Source: an uncultured Rikenellaceae bacterium (GTDB taxonomy: Bacteria; Bacteroidota; Bacteroidia; Bacteroidales; VadinHA17). From it: DNA of 64,000 nucleotides. The first letter of the stretch is position 1; every line of letters begins with the position of its first letter. The stretch covers positions 11,416-75,415 of the forward strand of contig CAZXGG010000005.1 of NCBI GenBank assembly GCA_964640125.1, written 5' to 3'. Position numbers and translations under genes: made by a program. The notes under the pieces were generated by a model, which made no database searches, had not been told where the DNA came from, and worked only from the letters and a program-made list of their open reading frames with translations. Shown here piece by piece: positions 17,923 to 27,499 of the stretch.

Positions 17923-18732
17923 ATGCAATACGATCCCATAAAAAAGAGACTTGGTAACATCGTTAACCGCTCTGTGGTTAGCCGCAGACTCTTTTATAAA
18001 CTCCTGGATATCCTGTTGCTGCGAGCCTGGTATATCAAACGGGAAATTCGCTATTTCAAACACAAAACCGGAAATGAAGCAGATATCCTTGATGCCGGCG
18101 CCGGATTCGGACAATATAGCTATTTCATGTCGTCCCTCTCTAAAAACTGGAGAATAACGGCAGTAGAATTAAAATCCGAAGAGGTTGATGCATGTAACCG
18201 GTTTTTTTCAACAGTTCAGCACCCCCAGCGTACTTTTTTCGAAGAGGCCAATTTGCTGACCTACAGGAAACAAGAGGGGTTTGATCTGATCCTTTCGGTT
18301 GATGTAATGGAGCATATTCTTGAAGATGACCGGGTGTTCGAAAATTTTTGCTTCTCTCTGAAACCGGGTGGACTACTACTCATCTCAACTCCATCCGATC
18401 AGGGAGGATCAAACGTACAGAATGAACTCGATGAATCGTTTATCGATGAACACGTAAGGGACGGTTATAACAGGGATGAAATAACCCGAAAACTCCGGAA
18501 GGCAGGATTTTCAAAGATTGATACATACTATTCATACGGCCGGTATGGAACACGATCGTGGAAATTATCCATGAAATATCCCATTCTCATGTTAAATAAA
18601 TCCATCGTTTTCTTCTTTATTCTTCCCCTTTACTACTTGCTAACATTACCATTATCACTCTGTTTTAATCTAATCGATGTTAATAAAAAACAACAAACTG
18701 GTACGGGATTGATTGTAAAAGCTTGGAAATAA
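17923..18732 (+). CDS. Class I SAM-dependent methyltransferase with a C-terminal membrane segment
   Basis: Motif I ILDAGAGFGQYS and post-I/II acidic residues (DLILSVDVMEH). Hydrophobic C-terminus (IVFFFILPLYYLLTLPLSL). Confidence 0.75.
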   Translation: MQYDPIKKRLGNIVNRSVVSRRLFYKLLDILLLRAWYIKREIRYFKHKTGNEADILDAGAGFGQYSYFMSSLSKNWRITAVELKSEEVDACNRFFSTVQHPQRTFFEEANLLTYRKQEGFDLILSVDVMEHILEDDRVFENFCFSLKPGGLLLISTPSDQGGSNVQNELDESFIDEHVRDGYNRDEITRKLRKAGFSKIDTYYSYGRYGTRSWKLSMKYPILMLNKSIVFFFILPLYYLLTLPLSLCFNLIDVNKKQQTGTGLIVKAWK

Positions 18733-18766
18733 TTTTACTTTTGGCGAAATTTTACACTCTTTTATT

Positions 18767-18851
18767 GGAAAGTCTCTGTAGTTTAATGACAGAACGCCTT
18801 GTCCAGACCGGACAGGGTAGTGCCGGTTAAAGTCCTGGTCAGAGACTTTCC
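18767..18851 (+). other. 85-nt structured element (12-bp closing stem, three internal hairpins), either an unclassified ncRNA or a complex terminator
   Basis: GGAAAGTCTCTG ... CAGAGACTTTCC closing helix. Inner hairpins are CTGT/ACAG, CCTTGTCC/GGACAGGG and CCGG/CTGG. It is followed by TCTTATTTTTAT and is intergenic. Confidence 0.35.
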
Positions 18852-18893
18852 TCTTATTTTTATACCTTTACGGAAAGGATTAAAAATCAGGCT

Positions 18894-20117
18894 TTGAACT
18901 TCCCTTTCTATATCGCCAGAAGGTATCTGTTTGCGAAAAAAACCAGGCATGCAATCAATATTATTTCAGGTATTTCTGTCGGTGGTGTGACCATTGGTAC
19001 AATGGCTCTGATCATTATCCTGTCGGCTTTTAATGGACTGGATAACCTGGTTCGCTCCCTGTTCAGCACGTTTGATCCGGATTTGAAAATAACCGTCGCC
19101 GAAGGCAAGACGTTTTCATCGGAACATGAAAACATAACAAAACTGAAAGAGCATGAGGGAATTCTGTATCTGTCAGAAGTCATTGAAGAAAATGCACTTC
19201 TTCGCTATGGCGAAAAACAGTACATCGCAACAATCAAGGGTGTGGGTGATGATTTTGTTAAAATGAGTGGGATCGACAGCATGATTTATGATGGAGAATT
19301 TCTCCTGAAAGACCAGAAAAATAGCTATGCAATCGTTGGACAGGGAATTGCCAGTACCCTGTCAATGGGGCTGAATTTCATTACACCAATTCAGATTTAT
19401 GTCCCAAAAAGGACGAAAAATGTCATCCTGACACCGGATAAAGCATTCAACAGGAAGTATATATTTCCTTCCGGCATTTTTGCAATTCAACAGGATTTCG
19501 ATTCAAAATACATTATTGTTCCTATCGATTTTGCCCGCGAATTGCTGGACTATACAGTGGAACTGAGTTCCATTGAATTAAAAATTGATCCTTCGTATAA
19601 TCAGGACCGGGTACAGAAAGAGCTGCAGACACTCCTGGGCAATGAATTCGAAGTAAAGAACCGGTACGAGCAGCAGGAATTTGTGTACAAGATCATGCAA
19701 TCTGAAAAATGGGCCATTTTCCTGATACTCACCTTTATACTGATCATTGCATCGTTTAATATCATCGGGTCACTCTCCATGCTCATCATTGAAAAGAAAA
19801 AGGATATTGAAACCCTTCGTAATCTCGGTGCCAACCTGAAATTAATCCGAAAGATCTTTCTGCTGGAAGGATGGATGATATCAATATTGGGGGCTATCTC
19901 CGGCTTGATCCTGGGAAGCATCATCTGTACGTTGCAGCAACAATTCGGACTGGTAAAGATCCAGGGTGGAGAATCCTTTGTTATAGACACCTACCCGGTA
20001 AGCATGGAAATCCCGGATTTCCTGTTCGTATTTTTGACCGTTCTTCTGATCGGGTACCTCGCAGCCTGGTATCCGGTGCGGTATATTACGCGAAAGTTCA
20101 TACTGGCATACCGGTAA
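18894..20117 (+). CDS. FtsX-like ABC transporter permease (LolC/E family)
   Basis: N-terminus (M)NFPFYIARRYLFAKK, a large periplasmic loop and a C-terminal FtsX 3-TM bundle. TTG start at 18894. Confidence 0.8.
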   Translation: MNFPFYIARRYLFAKKTRHAINIISGISVGGVTIGTMALIIILSAFNGLDNLVRSLFSTFDPDLKITVAEGKTFSSEHENITKLKEHEGILYLSEVIEENALLRYGEKQYIATIKGVGDDFVKMSGIDSMIYDGEFLLKDQKNSYAIVGQGIASTLSMGLNFITPIQIYVPKRTKNVILTPDKAFNRKYIFPSGIFAIQQDFDSKYIIVPIDFARELLDYTVELSSIELKIDPSYNQDRVQKELQTLLGNEFEVKNRYEQQEFVYKIMQSEKWAIFLILTFILIIASFNIIGSLSMLIIEKKKDIETLRNLGANLKLIRKIFLLEGWMISILGAISGLILGSIICTLQQQFGLVKIQGGESFVIDTYPVSMEIPDFLFVFLTVLLIGYLAAWYPVRYITRKFILAYR

Positions 20118-20326
20118 TGTTAATAACCATCGAATTTTGTTGATTTACACCCTTGATTTGGGTTTATCTAAATCATTATATTTATACCGGGCTTTTTTAA
20201 ACGTGCCGTAAACGACAGCAAACAAGTGAAAGAGGGTAAATTTGTACAGTGCAACTATTCTTTTACTGGAGTAGTCTTTAATGAGATAACATTGTCAGTT
20301 ATCCCTCAACAACAGGTACAGTAGCG

Positions 20327-23300
20327 ATGAATACAGGCATCAAATCATCCGTTTCGTTCCTCCTTTTCATGGTTACGCTAGGAAGTTATAGCGCTAATTT
20401 TTCATTAACCCATACGGTACAGAACGTTAGCTGTTATAATGGTTCGGATGGGAGCATTTCGGTGTATGTTCATCCCTTCTCACCGGCTGATTACAAACCT
20501 CCCTATACCTATACCTGGTTTGAAGACCTTGGCATTCCCCTGGCAACGGAAGTTTCTGATGACACCACTTCAACGGTTTCGAATCTTAAGGCTGGCTTCA
20601 ACTATCTCGTCCTGGTAAAAGACAATGATGGCACCCAACAGGCGCTGCTCAACATTAATGTTCTTGAACCTCCTGAACTATTACTATCCGCTTCCATTAC
20701 GGATATAACCTGTTTTGGTAATTCCGATGGAGCGATTGACATTACCGTAACCGGCGGAATCCCGCCCTATACCTACAGCTGGGTGGATGGAACGGGATCA
20801 GGCAGCATCCCCGGGTCAGAAGATCAGAGTGGGCTGGCTGCAGGTACCTATTATCTTACCGTTGTCGATTTCAACAATTGTAGTCTCCAAGATATATTAA
20901 CTGTAGGTGGTCCTTCAGCCGGAGTAACTGCAGGTATTGCAGATCTTACCCATGTGGCCTGTTTCGGAGAATCAACCGGTAGTGTTACGGTTGCAGGATC
21001 GGGTGGAACACCACCCTATGAATACAGCCTGGACGGTGGAGCCTATCAATCTTCCGGCAACTTTAATAACCTTGCCGCTGCCTCTTATACCGTTACAGTA
21101 AAGGATGATAATGGATGTACGGACGATGTAATTGTCATTATCACCCAACCTGCTGCTGTATTGTCAGGCAGCATCACCAGTCAGACTAATGTATTGTGTT
21201 TTGGGGAATCGAATGGGAGCGTAACCGTTGCAGGATCGGGTGGAACACCACCCTATGAATACAGCCTGGACGGTGGAGCCTATCAATCATCCGGCACCTT
21301 TAATAACCTTGCCGCTGCCTCTTATACCGTTACAGTAAAGGATAATAATGACTGTACGTTTAATGTTCCGGTAACCATTACACAACCTGCTTCTGGTCTT
21401 ACAGGAAGTATCACAAGCCAAACGGATGTATTGTGTTTTGGAGAGGCTACCGGTATTGTGATAGTAGCAGGTTCCGGAGGAACACCGGTCTATGAATACA
21501 GCCTGGATGGTGGTGCCTACCAATCTTCCGGAACTTTTTCCACCCTGTCAGCAACAAACTATACAGTTACTGTAAGGGATAATAACGGTTGCACTTTTAA
21601 TGTTCCGGTAACCATTTCTCAACCCTCCACAGCCGTATCAGGCAGCATAATCAACCAGACGGATGTTGCCTGCTTCGGAGAATCAACGGGGAGTGTTACG
21701 GTCGCCGGATCAGGCGGTACACCCTCCTATGAATACAGCCTGGATGGTGGAGCTTACCAATCTTCAGGCACTTTTCCTAATCTGTCAACAACAAACTATA
21801 CAGTTACTGTAAGGGATAATAACCTCTGTACCTATGATGTTGGCGTGTTCATCTCGCAGCCTGCATCTGCTCTATCGGGCAGCATTGTAAGCCAATCCGT
21901 TGCATGTTTTGGGGAAGCTACCGGATCGGTTACTGTAATCGGTTCAGGAGGAACAGCTCCTTATGTATACAGCCTGGATGGAGGACCGTATCAATCATCC
22001 GGAATGTTTACCGGACTTGCTGCAAACACCTATACCGTTACCATCAGGGATATGAACTTGTGTACCTTTGATATTCCCGTGACCATAACAGAAGCTGCTA
22101 CAGCCCTGTCAGGGAGCATTGCCAGCCAGACCAATGTTGCTTGTTTTGGTGAATCCACCGGTTCGGTTACGGTTACCGGATCGGGAGGTACACCTCCTTA
22201 CAAATACAGCCTGGATGGTGGTACTTACCAGTCATCCGGAATGTTTAGCGGACTGCCAGCCGGTGACTACATCATTACCGTGCAGGATGCCAATCTTTGT
22301 ACTTTTGATGTACCGGTAACGATTACCGAACCGGGATCCGCACTTTCAGGCAGTATAAGCGCACAAACCGATGTCCTTTGTTTTGGGGAGGCAACAGGCA
22401 GTGTTACCGTCGCGGGCTCGGGAGGTACACCCCTTTACGAATACAGCCTGGACGGCGGAGCCTACCAGTCATCCGGAATGTTTAGCGGGCTGCCAGCCGG
22501 GGACTACATCATTACCGTGCAGGATGCCAATCTTTGTACTTTTGATGTGCCGGTAACCATTACCGAACCGGCAATGGGTGTATCCGGAACAATTGTCGCT
22601 CAAAGCGATGTTCTTTGTTTTGGGGAGGCAACCGGTAGTGTTACCATCGCAGGCTCGGGAGGTACACCCCTTTACGAATACAGCCTGGACGGCGGCGCTT
22701 ACCAATCATCAGGCACATTCAACGTACTGCTCGCAGGAAACCATACAGTGACCGTCCGGGATGCAAACTTCTGTACATTTAATGTACCCGTAACCATCAC
22801 ACAACCTGCCACAGCAGTGACAGGAACCATTGCCAGCCAGACAAACATTGCCTGCTTTGGAGAAGCGACCGGTAGTGTAACCGTTACAGGCTCCGGAGGA
22901 ACACCTCCCTATGAATACAGTCTGGACGGGGGTGCCTACCAGTCATCCGGAACATTCAGCACCCTTTCTGCTGGGATCTTTACCATTACTGTACGGGATG
23001 TTAATCTCTGTACATTCAATCTCCCCGTAACCATTACTGAACCTGCTACACCCGTTTCCGGAAGCATTACCAGCCAAACTGATGTGGCATGTTTCGGAGA
23101 GTCAACCGGAATCGTAACGATTACCGGATCAGGAGGAACACCCCTTTATCAATACAGCCTGGACGGCAGTGCCTACCAATCATCCGGTACGTTCACCGGA
23201 CTGGCTGCCGGGAACTATACAGTAACCGTACGGGATGCTAATTTTTGCACAACCCCTGTTCCTGTTACAATCACTGAACCTGCAACAGCCGTTTCCGCAA

Positions 23301-24985
23301 CCATTATCGGTCAGACTGATGTTATTTGCCCGGGAGAAGCAACCGGTACTGCTACGGTTTCCGGTTCAGGAGGTACACCTCCCTACGAATACAGCCTTAA
23401 TGGTGGTGCTTATCAATCATCCGGAATTTTCACCGGGATTTTTGCCGGAAACCACACCGTGACTGTCCGTGATGCTAACCTTTGTACATTTAACATCCCG
23501 GTAACCATTAATGAACCCACTGCTATTTACATTGGATCGGAAGTATCAACGGATATCTCCTGTTACGGAGAGGATGACGGAACGATCGCTGTCACCGCAA
23601 CTGGTGGAACCCCCGGCTATATTTATACACTTAGAAAAGGAGGAATAGTTGAAGATTCAAACATACATGGTTCCTTTGTTGATCTCACACCCGGCGACTA
23701 TACCATTGAAATAACGGACACAAACGGATGTGGACCTTTCGTTAGTAATGTGATTACTATCTCTGAACCAACTGTCATAACCATTGACTCAGAAGTTCCC
23801 CATGATATTACCTGTAACGGTGCAAATAATGGGAAAATAGATATCCTGGCTTCGGGTGGCACGTCACCTTATACCTACTCCATAAACGGAGGAGTATCCT
23901 TTGCGGATAATGGCGGGAATTTCACAGGACTCAGTGCCAACACGTATACAGTGGTTGTGAAAGACTCACAGGACTGTTTGGTTACCGGAAGCAGCCTTAC
24001 GATTAACGAACCGTCCGCATTGAGCCTTGTTGCTGACACAACAAAAGCTACATGTAACCAAGGTACACCGGATGGGTCCTTGCGATTATCTGTCAGTGGC
24101 GGAACCCCTGCATACAACTACTCCATTGATGACGGTCTTAACTTTCAATCCGATTCCTCCTTCACCGGATTATATGCAGGAACATACGATGTGGTCATAC
24201 GAGATAACAACAACTGCCTGCTTTCTGAACAGGTTGAGATTGAGGGTAGAATAACTGTTATTGCATATGCCGGAGAGGATGCCAGTATCTGTCCCGGTAC
24301 GGAATACACGCTGACAGCCTCAGGGGGAGATTCATACCTCTGGTCATCTACTGAAACCATCCCGGATCCAACTTCTGACGCGATCACCGTAAGCCCGGAT
24401 GCAGTCGCTTCCTTTATTCTTATTGCTACCATTGAGCTTTGCCAGGATAGCGATACCGTTACCCTGTCACTCTATCCGGTACTTGGAATGGATGCCGGGA
24501 ACGATACCACCATTCAAGCCGGTGGTTCAGTAGTCTTAACAGCAACCGAAGGCTTTGCCAGCTATTCCTGGCTGCCATCAGAATACATGAGTAATCCGGT
24601 CGGCTCTTCTGTAACTGTAACACCCCCGGAAAATATCATGGTATATGTTACCGGGACCACAGATAATGGCTGCCTGGAGATGGATTCACTGCAGGTTCGC
24701 ATTGCACAGAAACTGGTGATTCCCTCAGGATTTACTCCCAATAATGACGGTGTGAATGACACCTGGGAAATCACTAACTCTTATTTGTATCCGGATATGA
24801 TTGTTGAAGTCTATACACGGTGGGGTGCTAAAATATTCCATGCCCGGGGTTACCATGCTGACAATTACTGGGATGGAACACACAATGGCAAAGATCTGCC
24901 AATGGGAACCTATTATTATATCATTCAATTGAATGATCCGTTTGGATCCAAACCGATCTCCGGACCGGTAACCATTATCAGATAG
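20327..24985 (+). CDS. Giant cell-surface SprB-repeat protein with a T9SS type-B (gliding-motility-associated) C-terminal sorting domain
   Basis: About 16 repeats of C(F/Y)GxxxGS..V...GGTPPYEYSLDGG.YQSSG.F..L.AG.YTVTV.D.N.C (SprB repeat). C-terminus IPSGFTPNNDGVNDTWEI...WDGTHNGKDLPMGTYYYIIQL is the type-B CTD. N-terminal signal peptide. Confidence 0.9.
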   Translation: MNTGIKSSVSFLLFMVTLGSYSANFSLTHTVQNVSCYNGSDGSISVYVHPFSPADYKPPYTYTWFEDLGIPLATEVSDDTTSTVSNLKAGFNYLVLVKDNDGTQQALLNINVLEPPELLLSASITDITCFGNSDGAIDITVTGGIPPYTYSWVDGTGSGSIPGSEDQSGLAAGTYYLTVVDFNNCSLQDILTVGGPSAGVTAGIADLTHVACFGESTGSVTVAGSGGTPPYEYSLDGGAYQSSGNFNNLAAASYTVTVKDDNGCTDDVIVIITQPAAVLSGSITSQTNVLCFGESNGSVTVAGSGGTPPYEYSLDGGAYQSSGTFNNLAAASYTVTVKDNNDCTFNVPVTITQPASGLTGSITSQTDVLCFGEATGIVIVAGSGGTPVYEYSLDGGAYQSSGTFSTLSATNYTVTVRDNNGCTFNVPVTISQPSTAVSGSIINQTDVACFGESTGSVTVAGSGGTPSYEYSLDGGAYQSSGTFPNLSTTNYTVTVRDNNLCTYDVGVFISQPASALSGSIVSQSVACFGEATGSVTVIGSGGTAPYVYSLDGGPYQSSGMFTGLAANTYTVTIRDMNLCTFDIPVTITEAATALSGSIASQTNVACFGESTGSVTVTGSGGTPPYKYSLDGGTYQSSGMFSGLPAGDYIITVQDANLCTFDVPVTITEPGSALSGSISAQTDVLCFGEATGSVTVAGSGGTPLYEYSLDGGAYQSSGMFSGLPAGDYIITVQDANLCTFDVPVTITEPAMGVSGTIVAQSDVLCFGEATGSVTIAGSGGTPLYEYSLDGGAYQSSGTFNVLLAGNHTVTVRDANFCTFNVPVTITQPATAVTGTIASQTNIACFGEATGSVTVTGSGGTPPYEYSLDGGAYQSSGTFSTLSAGIFTITVRDVNLCTFNLPVTITEPATPVSGSITSQTDVACFGESTGIVTITGSGGTPLYQYSLDGSAYQSSGTFTGLAAGNYTVTVRDANFCTTPVPVTITEPATAVSATIIGQTDVICPGEATGTATVSGSGGTPPYEYSLNGGAYQSSGIFTGIFAGNHTVTVRDANLCTFNIPVTINEPTAIYIGSEVSTDISCYGEDDGTIAVTATGGTPGYIYTLRKGGIVEDSNIHGSFVDLTPGDYTIEITDTNGCGPFVSNVITISEPTVITIDSEVPHDITCNGANNGKIDILASGGTSPYTYSINGGVSFADNGGNFTGLSANTYTVVVKDSQDCLVTGSSLTINEPSALSLVADTTKATCNQGTPDGSLRLSVSGGTPAYNYSIDDGLNFQSDSSFTGLYAGTYDVVIRDNNNCLLSEQVEIEGRITVIAYAGEDASICPGTEYTLTASGGDSYLWSSTETIPDPTSDAITVSPDAVASFILIATIELCQDSDTVTLSLYPVLGMDAGNDTTIQAGGSVVLTATEGFASYSWLPSEYMSNPVGSSVTVTPPENIMVYVTGTTDNGCLEMDSLQVRIAQKLVIPSGFTPNNDGVNDTWEITNSYLYPDMIVEVYTRWGAKIFHARGYHADNYWDGTHNGKDLPMGTYYYIIQLNDPFGSKPISGPVTIIR
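20915..23520 (+). repeat. About 11 in-frame tandem copies of a 237-bp (79-aa) unit inside the SprB-repeat gene
   Basis: Offset-237 self-similarity. For example, ~140 nt from 20990 and from 21227 differ at only a few positions (the first ~62 nt are identical), and ~105 nt from 22231 and from 22468 differ at ~4 positions. Confidence 0.85.
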
Positions 24986-24997
24986 GATGAAACAGAC

Positions 24998-25897
24998 ATG
25001 AAAAAAGTCTTTACCATAATCACCTGCATCATTTTGTTTGTTCCTGCTGGTTTACAATCTCAGCAACTGCCTCATTTTACGCAGTTCATGTTCAACGATT
25101 ATGTATTGAATCCTGCGGTTGCGGGGACAAAAGATTATTACCAGGTCAGGTCCAACAGCCGGTTTCAGTGGGCAGGAATTGTGGATGCACCGCAAACCAT
25201 CAGCCTGAGTCTGAACGGTCCGCACAGCAGAAGACCGATGGGTTTTGGAGGGTATCTTTACAACGACGTCACTGGGCCTACCAGCAGAACCGGGCTCTAT
25301 GGAACCTACGCCTATAACATTGCAATAAAAGGCGAAGTCCGTTTATCCATGGGGTTGTCATTCGGAATCATGCAGAACAAGATTGACGGTACTGAAATCA
25401 AGCTCCATGATCCCGATGATCTGGCGATGCAGGGTGGTATCACATCCACGGTGGTTCCGGATGCTTCGGTGGGTTTCTATTTCTATGCCACGGACTGGTA
25501 TGCCGGTTTTTCTGCATTCCAGCTTTTCAGTAACAACCTGAAAGTATACGATGAAAAAAATGGCCTGAACAAACTGAAAAGTCATTTTTACCTTCTGGGT
25601 GGATACCGGTACGATATTAATGACCAGTTCAGTATCGAACCGTCATTGATCATAAAAGCGATGAGTCCCGTACCGATCCAGATCGATCTGAATGCAAAGG
25701 TAACCTACCAGGAAATGGTCTGGTTGGGCCTCTCGTATAGAAGCAGAGATGCCGTTTCAATCCTCCTGGGGTACATTCACGATAAACGGTATTACTTCGG
25801 ATATTCTTATGATTTTTCCACCTCCGATATCCGCAGCTACAACTCCGGATCACATGAGATAATGATCGGCATCCGCTTTTCGTCCTTCAGGCGGTAA
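24998..25897 (+). CDS. PorP/SprF family type IX secretion system membrane protein
   Basis: Signal peptide then QQLPHFTQFMFNDYVLNPAVAG, the hallmark N-terminal motif of PorP/SprF. 299-aa beta-barrel-like sequence starting 12 nt after the type-B CTD gene. Confidence 0.85.
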   Translation: MKKVFTIITCIILFVPAGLQSQQLPHFTQFMFNDYVLNPAVAGTKDYYQVRSNSRFQWAGIVDAPQTISLSLNGPHSRRPMGFGGYLYNDVTGPTSRTGLYGTYAYNIAIKGEVRLSMGLSFGIMQNKIDGTEIKLHDPDDLAMQGGITSTVVPDASVGFYFYATDWYAGFSAFQLFSNNLKVYDEKNGLNKLKSHFYLLGGYRYDINDQFSIEPSLIIKAMSPVPIQIDLNAKVTYQEMVWLGLSYRSRDAVSILLGYIHDKRYYFGYSYDFSTSDIRSYNSGSHEIMIGIRFSSFRR

Positions 25898-26001
25898 AGT
25901 AAATAACAGGATAACCAATTCTTGCTTCAACTTTCTCCGCTGTTAACGCATATCAGTTAATTCACCTTTTTATTATCCCTGAAAAATTGTATTTTCGGAT
26001 C

Positions 26002-26799
26002 ATGAGATCAATTCGCTGGTTCGTATTACTCGTTATATGCCTGGGAATGGCTTGTCAGCATCCAAAAGAGAAGGTAAAAAAGACGGAAATCATTCCCAAA
26101 GAAAGTCTTGTCCCGGTACTGGTAGAGATACACCTTGCAGACGCATTGCTTCAAATATCAGTGGTCCGGCAGAATTATCCCGGAAGGGATTCCATCAGTA
26201 ATTACCAGGATATCCTGAAAAAACACGGTTATACCAAGGAGATGTTTGACAGGACGATTGAGTTTTATGAGAACGATCCGGACGAACTCAATGATCTTTA
26301 TGAAGAGGTGGTCAGTGAGCTTACCCAGTTACAAAGTGAAATCAACCAGCGTACCCGTGAGGTTACCCCGGACGATCTAACCTCCAACCTCTGGAACCAG
26401 AAAACTGTCTGGCACCTTCCCGATGATGGACGTATTAACCGGATTGGCTTCAAAATTCCGGTGACAGAACCCGGGAAATACTTTCTGTTTGCAACGATAC
26501 GGATGCACACGGACGATGGATCCATTGAGCCCAGGGTGACAGCATTCTTCTGGTTCGATGATGGAACAGAAACCGGATTCAGCATCCCTTTTGAACCGAG
26601 TCCAATACCCAAGAATGGCAAAATCATAACCCATACACTTTCCTTTAACCTAACAGACGACAGGGTAACTCATATTTCCGGGTTTCTGCTGGATCATAAT
26701 CCACGCAGTGGGAACTGGGAAAAACATGCGGATGTCCTTAATGTAAAAATCCAGCATCTACAGATAAAAAGACCTTTCCGCAATGCAGGACAAGAATAG
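26002..26799 (+). CDS. Lipoprotein with a DUF4296-like N-terminal domain
   Basis: MRSIRWFVLLVICLGMAC lipobox. LVPVLVEIHLADALL resembles the DUF4296 signature. Start taken at ATG 26002. Confidence 0.55.
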   Translation: MRSIRWFVLLVICLGMACQHPKEKVKKTEIIPKESLVPVLVEIHLADALLQISVVRQNYPGRDSISNYQDILKKHGYTKEMFDRTIEFYENDPDELNDLYEEVVSELTQLQSEINQRTREVTPDDLTSNLWNQKTVWHLPDDGRINRIGFKIPVTEPGKYFLFATIRMHTDDGSIEPRVTAFFWFDDGTETGFSIPFEPSPIPKNGKIITHTLSFNLTDDRVTHISGFLLDHNPRSGNWEKHADVLNVKIQHLQIKRPFRNAGQE

Positions 26800-26888
26800 T
26801 CCGGAGCCCGATTGATTAGATCGATCTTGAGAAATTGTGACGGGGAGAAAATGAGGAGGTAAACCTCTTGAAATAGAGACGCTATAAA

Positions 26889-27314
26889 CTATTTTACCCC
26901 TTTGTTCAGGAGGAACTCAAACGCTTCTTTATCATATTTCAGGATGTGATTCTCAAACCAATCAACCAGAAATCCATACATCTCCTCGCACACTTTATCC
27001 TTGCCATTTTCATAATCTTCCCTGAATTTAATAATGCGGTCAATGAAATTTTTATGCGCCTCCTTATGCTGTGTAAAATTAGGATACTGGTAATTCTTGA
27101 AGTAAATCTCTTCCTGGATCAAATGGTTCTCGGCATAATGAACCAGGGAAAAGAAAATCTCGGAAATTCTTTCTTCACCTGGTTTATTTATTATTCCTTC
27201 CCGCAGTAGATTGAGGATCTCCAGGTATTTCTTATGCTGGTCATCAATCAGGCTGACATTTACATTGTATTCCGGCTTCCAGGTAAAGGGATCCGTTCGG
27301 ATTTCTCTTCGCAT
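26889..27314 (-). CDS. Hemerythrin-like metal-binding protein (bacteriohemerythrin)
   Basis: FTWKPEYNVNVSLIDDQHKKYLEILN, HYAENHLIQEE, HKEAHKNFIDRI and WFENHILKYD supply the His/Glu/Asp di-iron ligand pattern. 141 aa. Confidence 0.8.
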   Translation of the reverse strand: MRREIRTDPFTWKPEYNVNVSLIDDQHKKYLEILNLLREGIINKPGEERISEIFFSLVHYAENHLIQEEIYFKNYQYPNFTQHKEAHKNFIDRIIKFREDYENGKDKVCEEMYGFLVDWFENHILKYDKEAFEFLLNKGVK

Positions 27315-27499
27315 GTCAGATCAATTTGGAAAAATTACCTGATAGCAAAGGTAGATTGAAAGCCACCGAATACAATGATAATTATCATAATGCCCCTGTG
27401 GCTTATCCAATACAAATTAATGACTAAATTAGAGTCTGTATAAAATAAAGTTGAGGGAGGTATCGTTGACCTGGTTCACCGGGCTCTCTTCCATATTGA

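Noticed and set aside
18767-18851. Possible tRNA (85 nt, cloverleaf-like, acceptor-like 7-12 bp stem)
   Set aside because: No 7-nt anticodon loop with U33. The D-like loop lacks GG. No 5-bp T stem with a TTC-type loop directly abutting the 3' acceptor strand, and no discriminator/CCA context. It is kept only as an unclassified structured element.
20915-23520. Regular 237-bp repeats as a CRISPR array or non-coding satellite
   Set aside because: The repeats are in frame within one long ORF and encode the SprB-repeat consensus. There is no short repeat/unique spacer architecture, and no cas genes are in the window.
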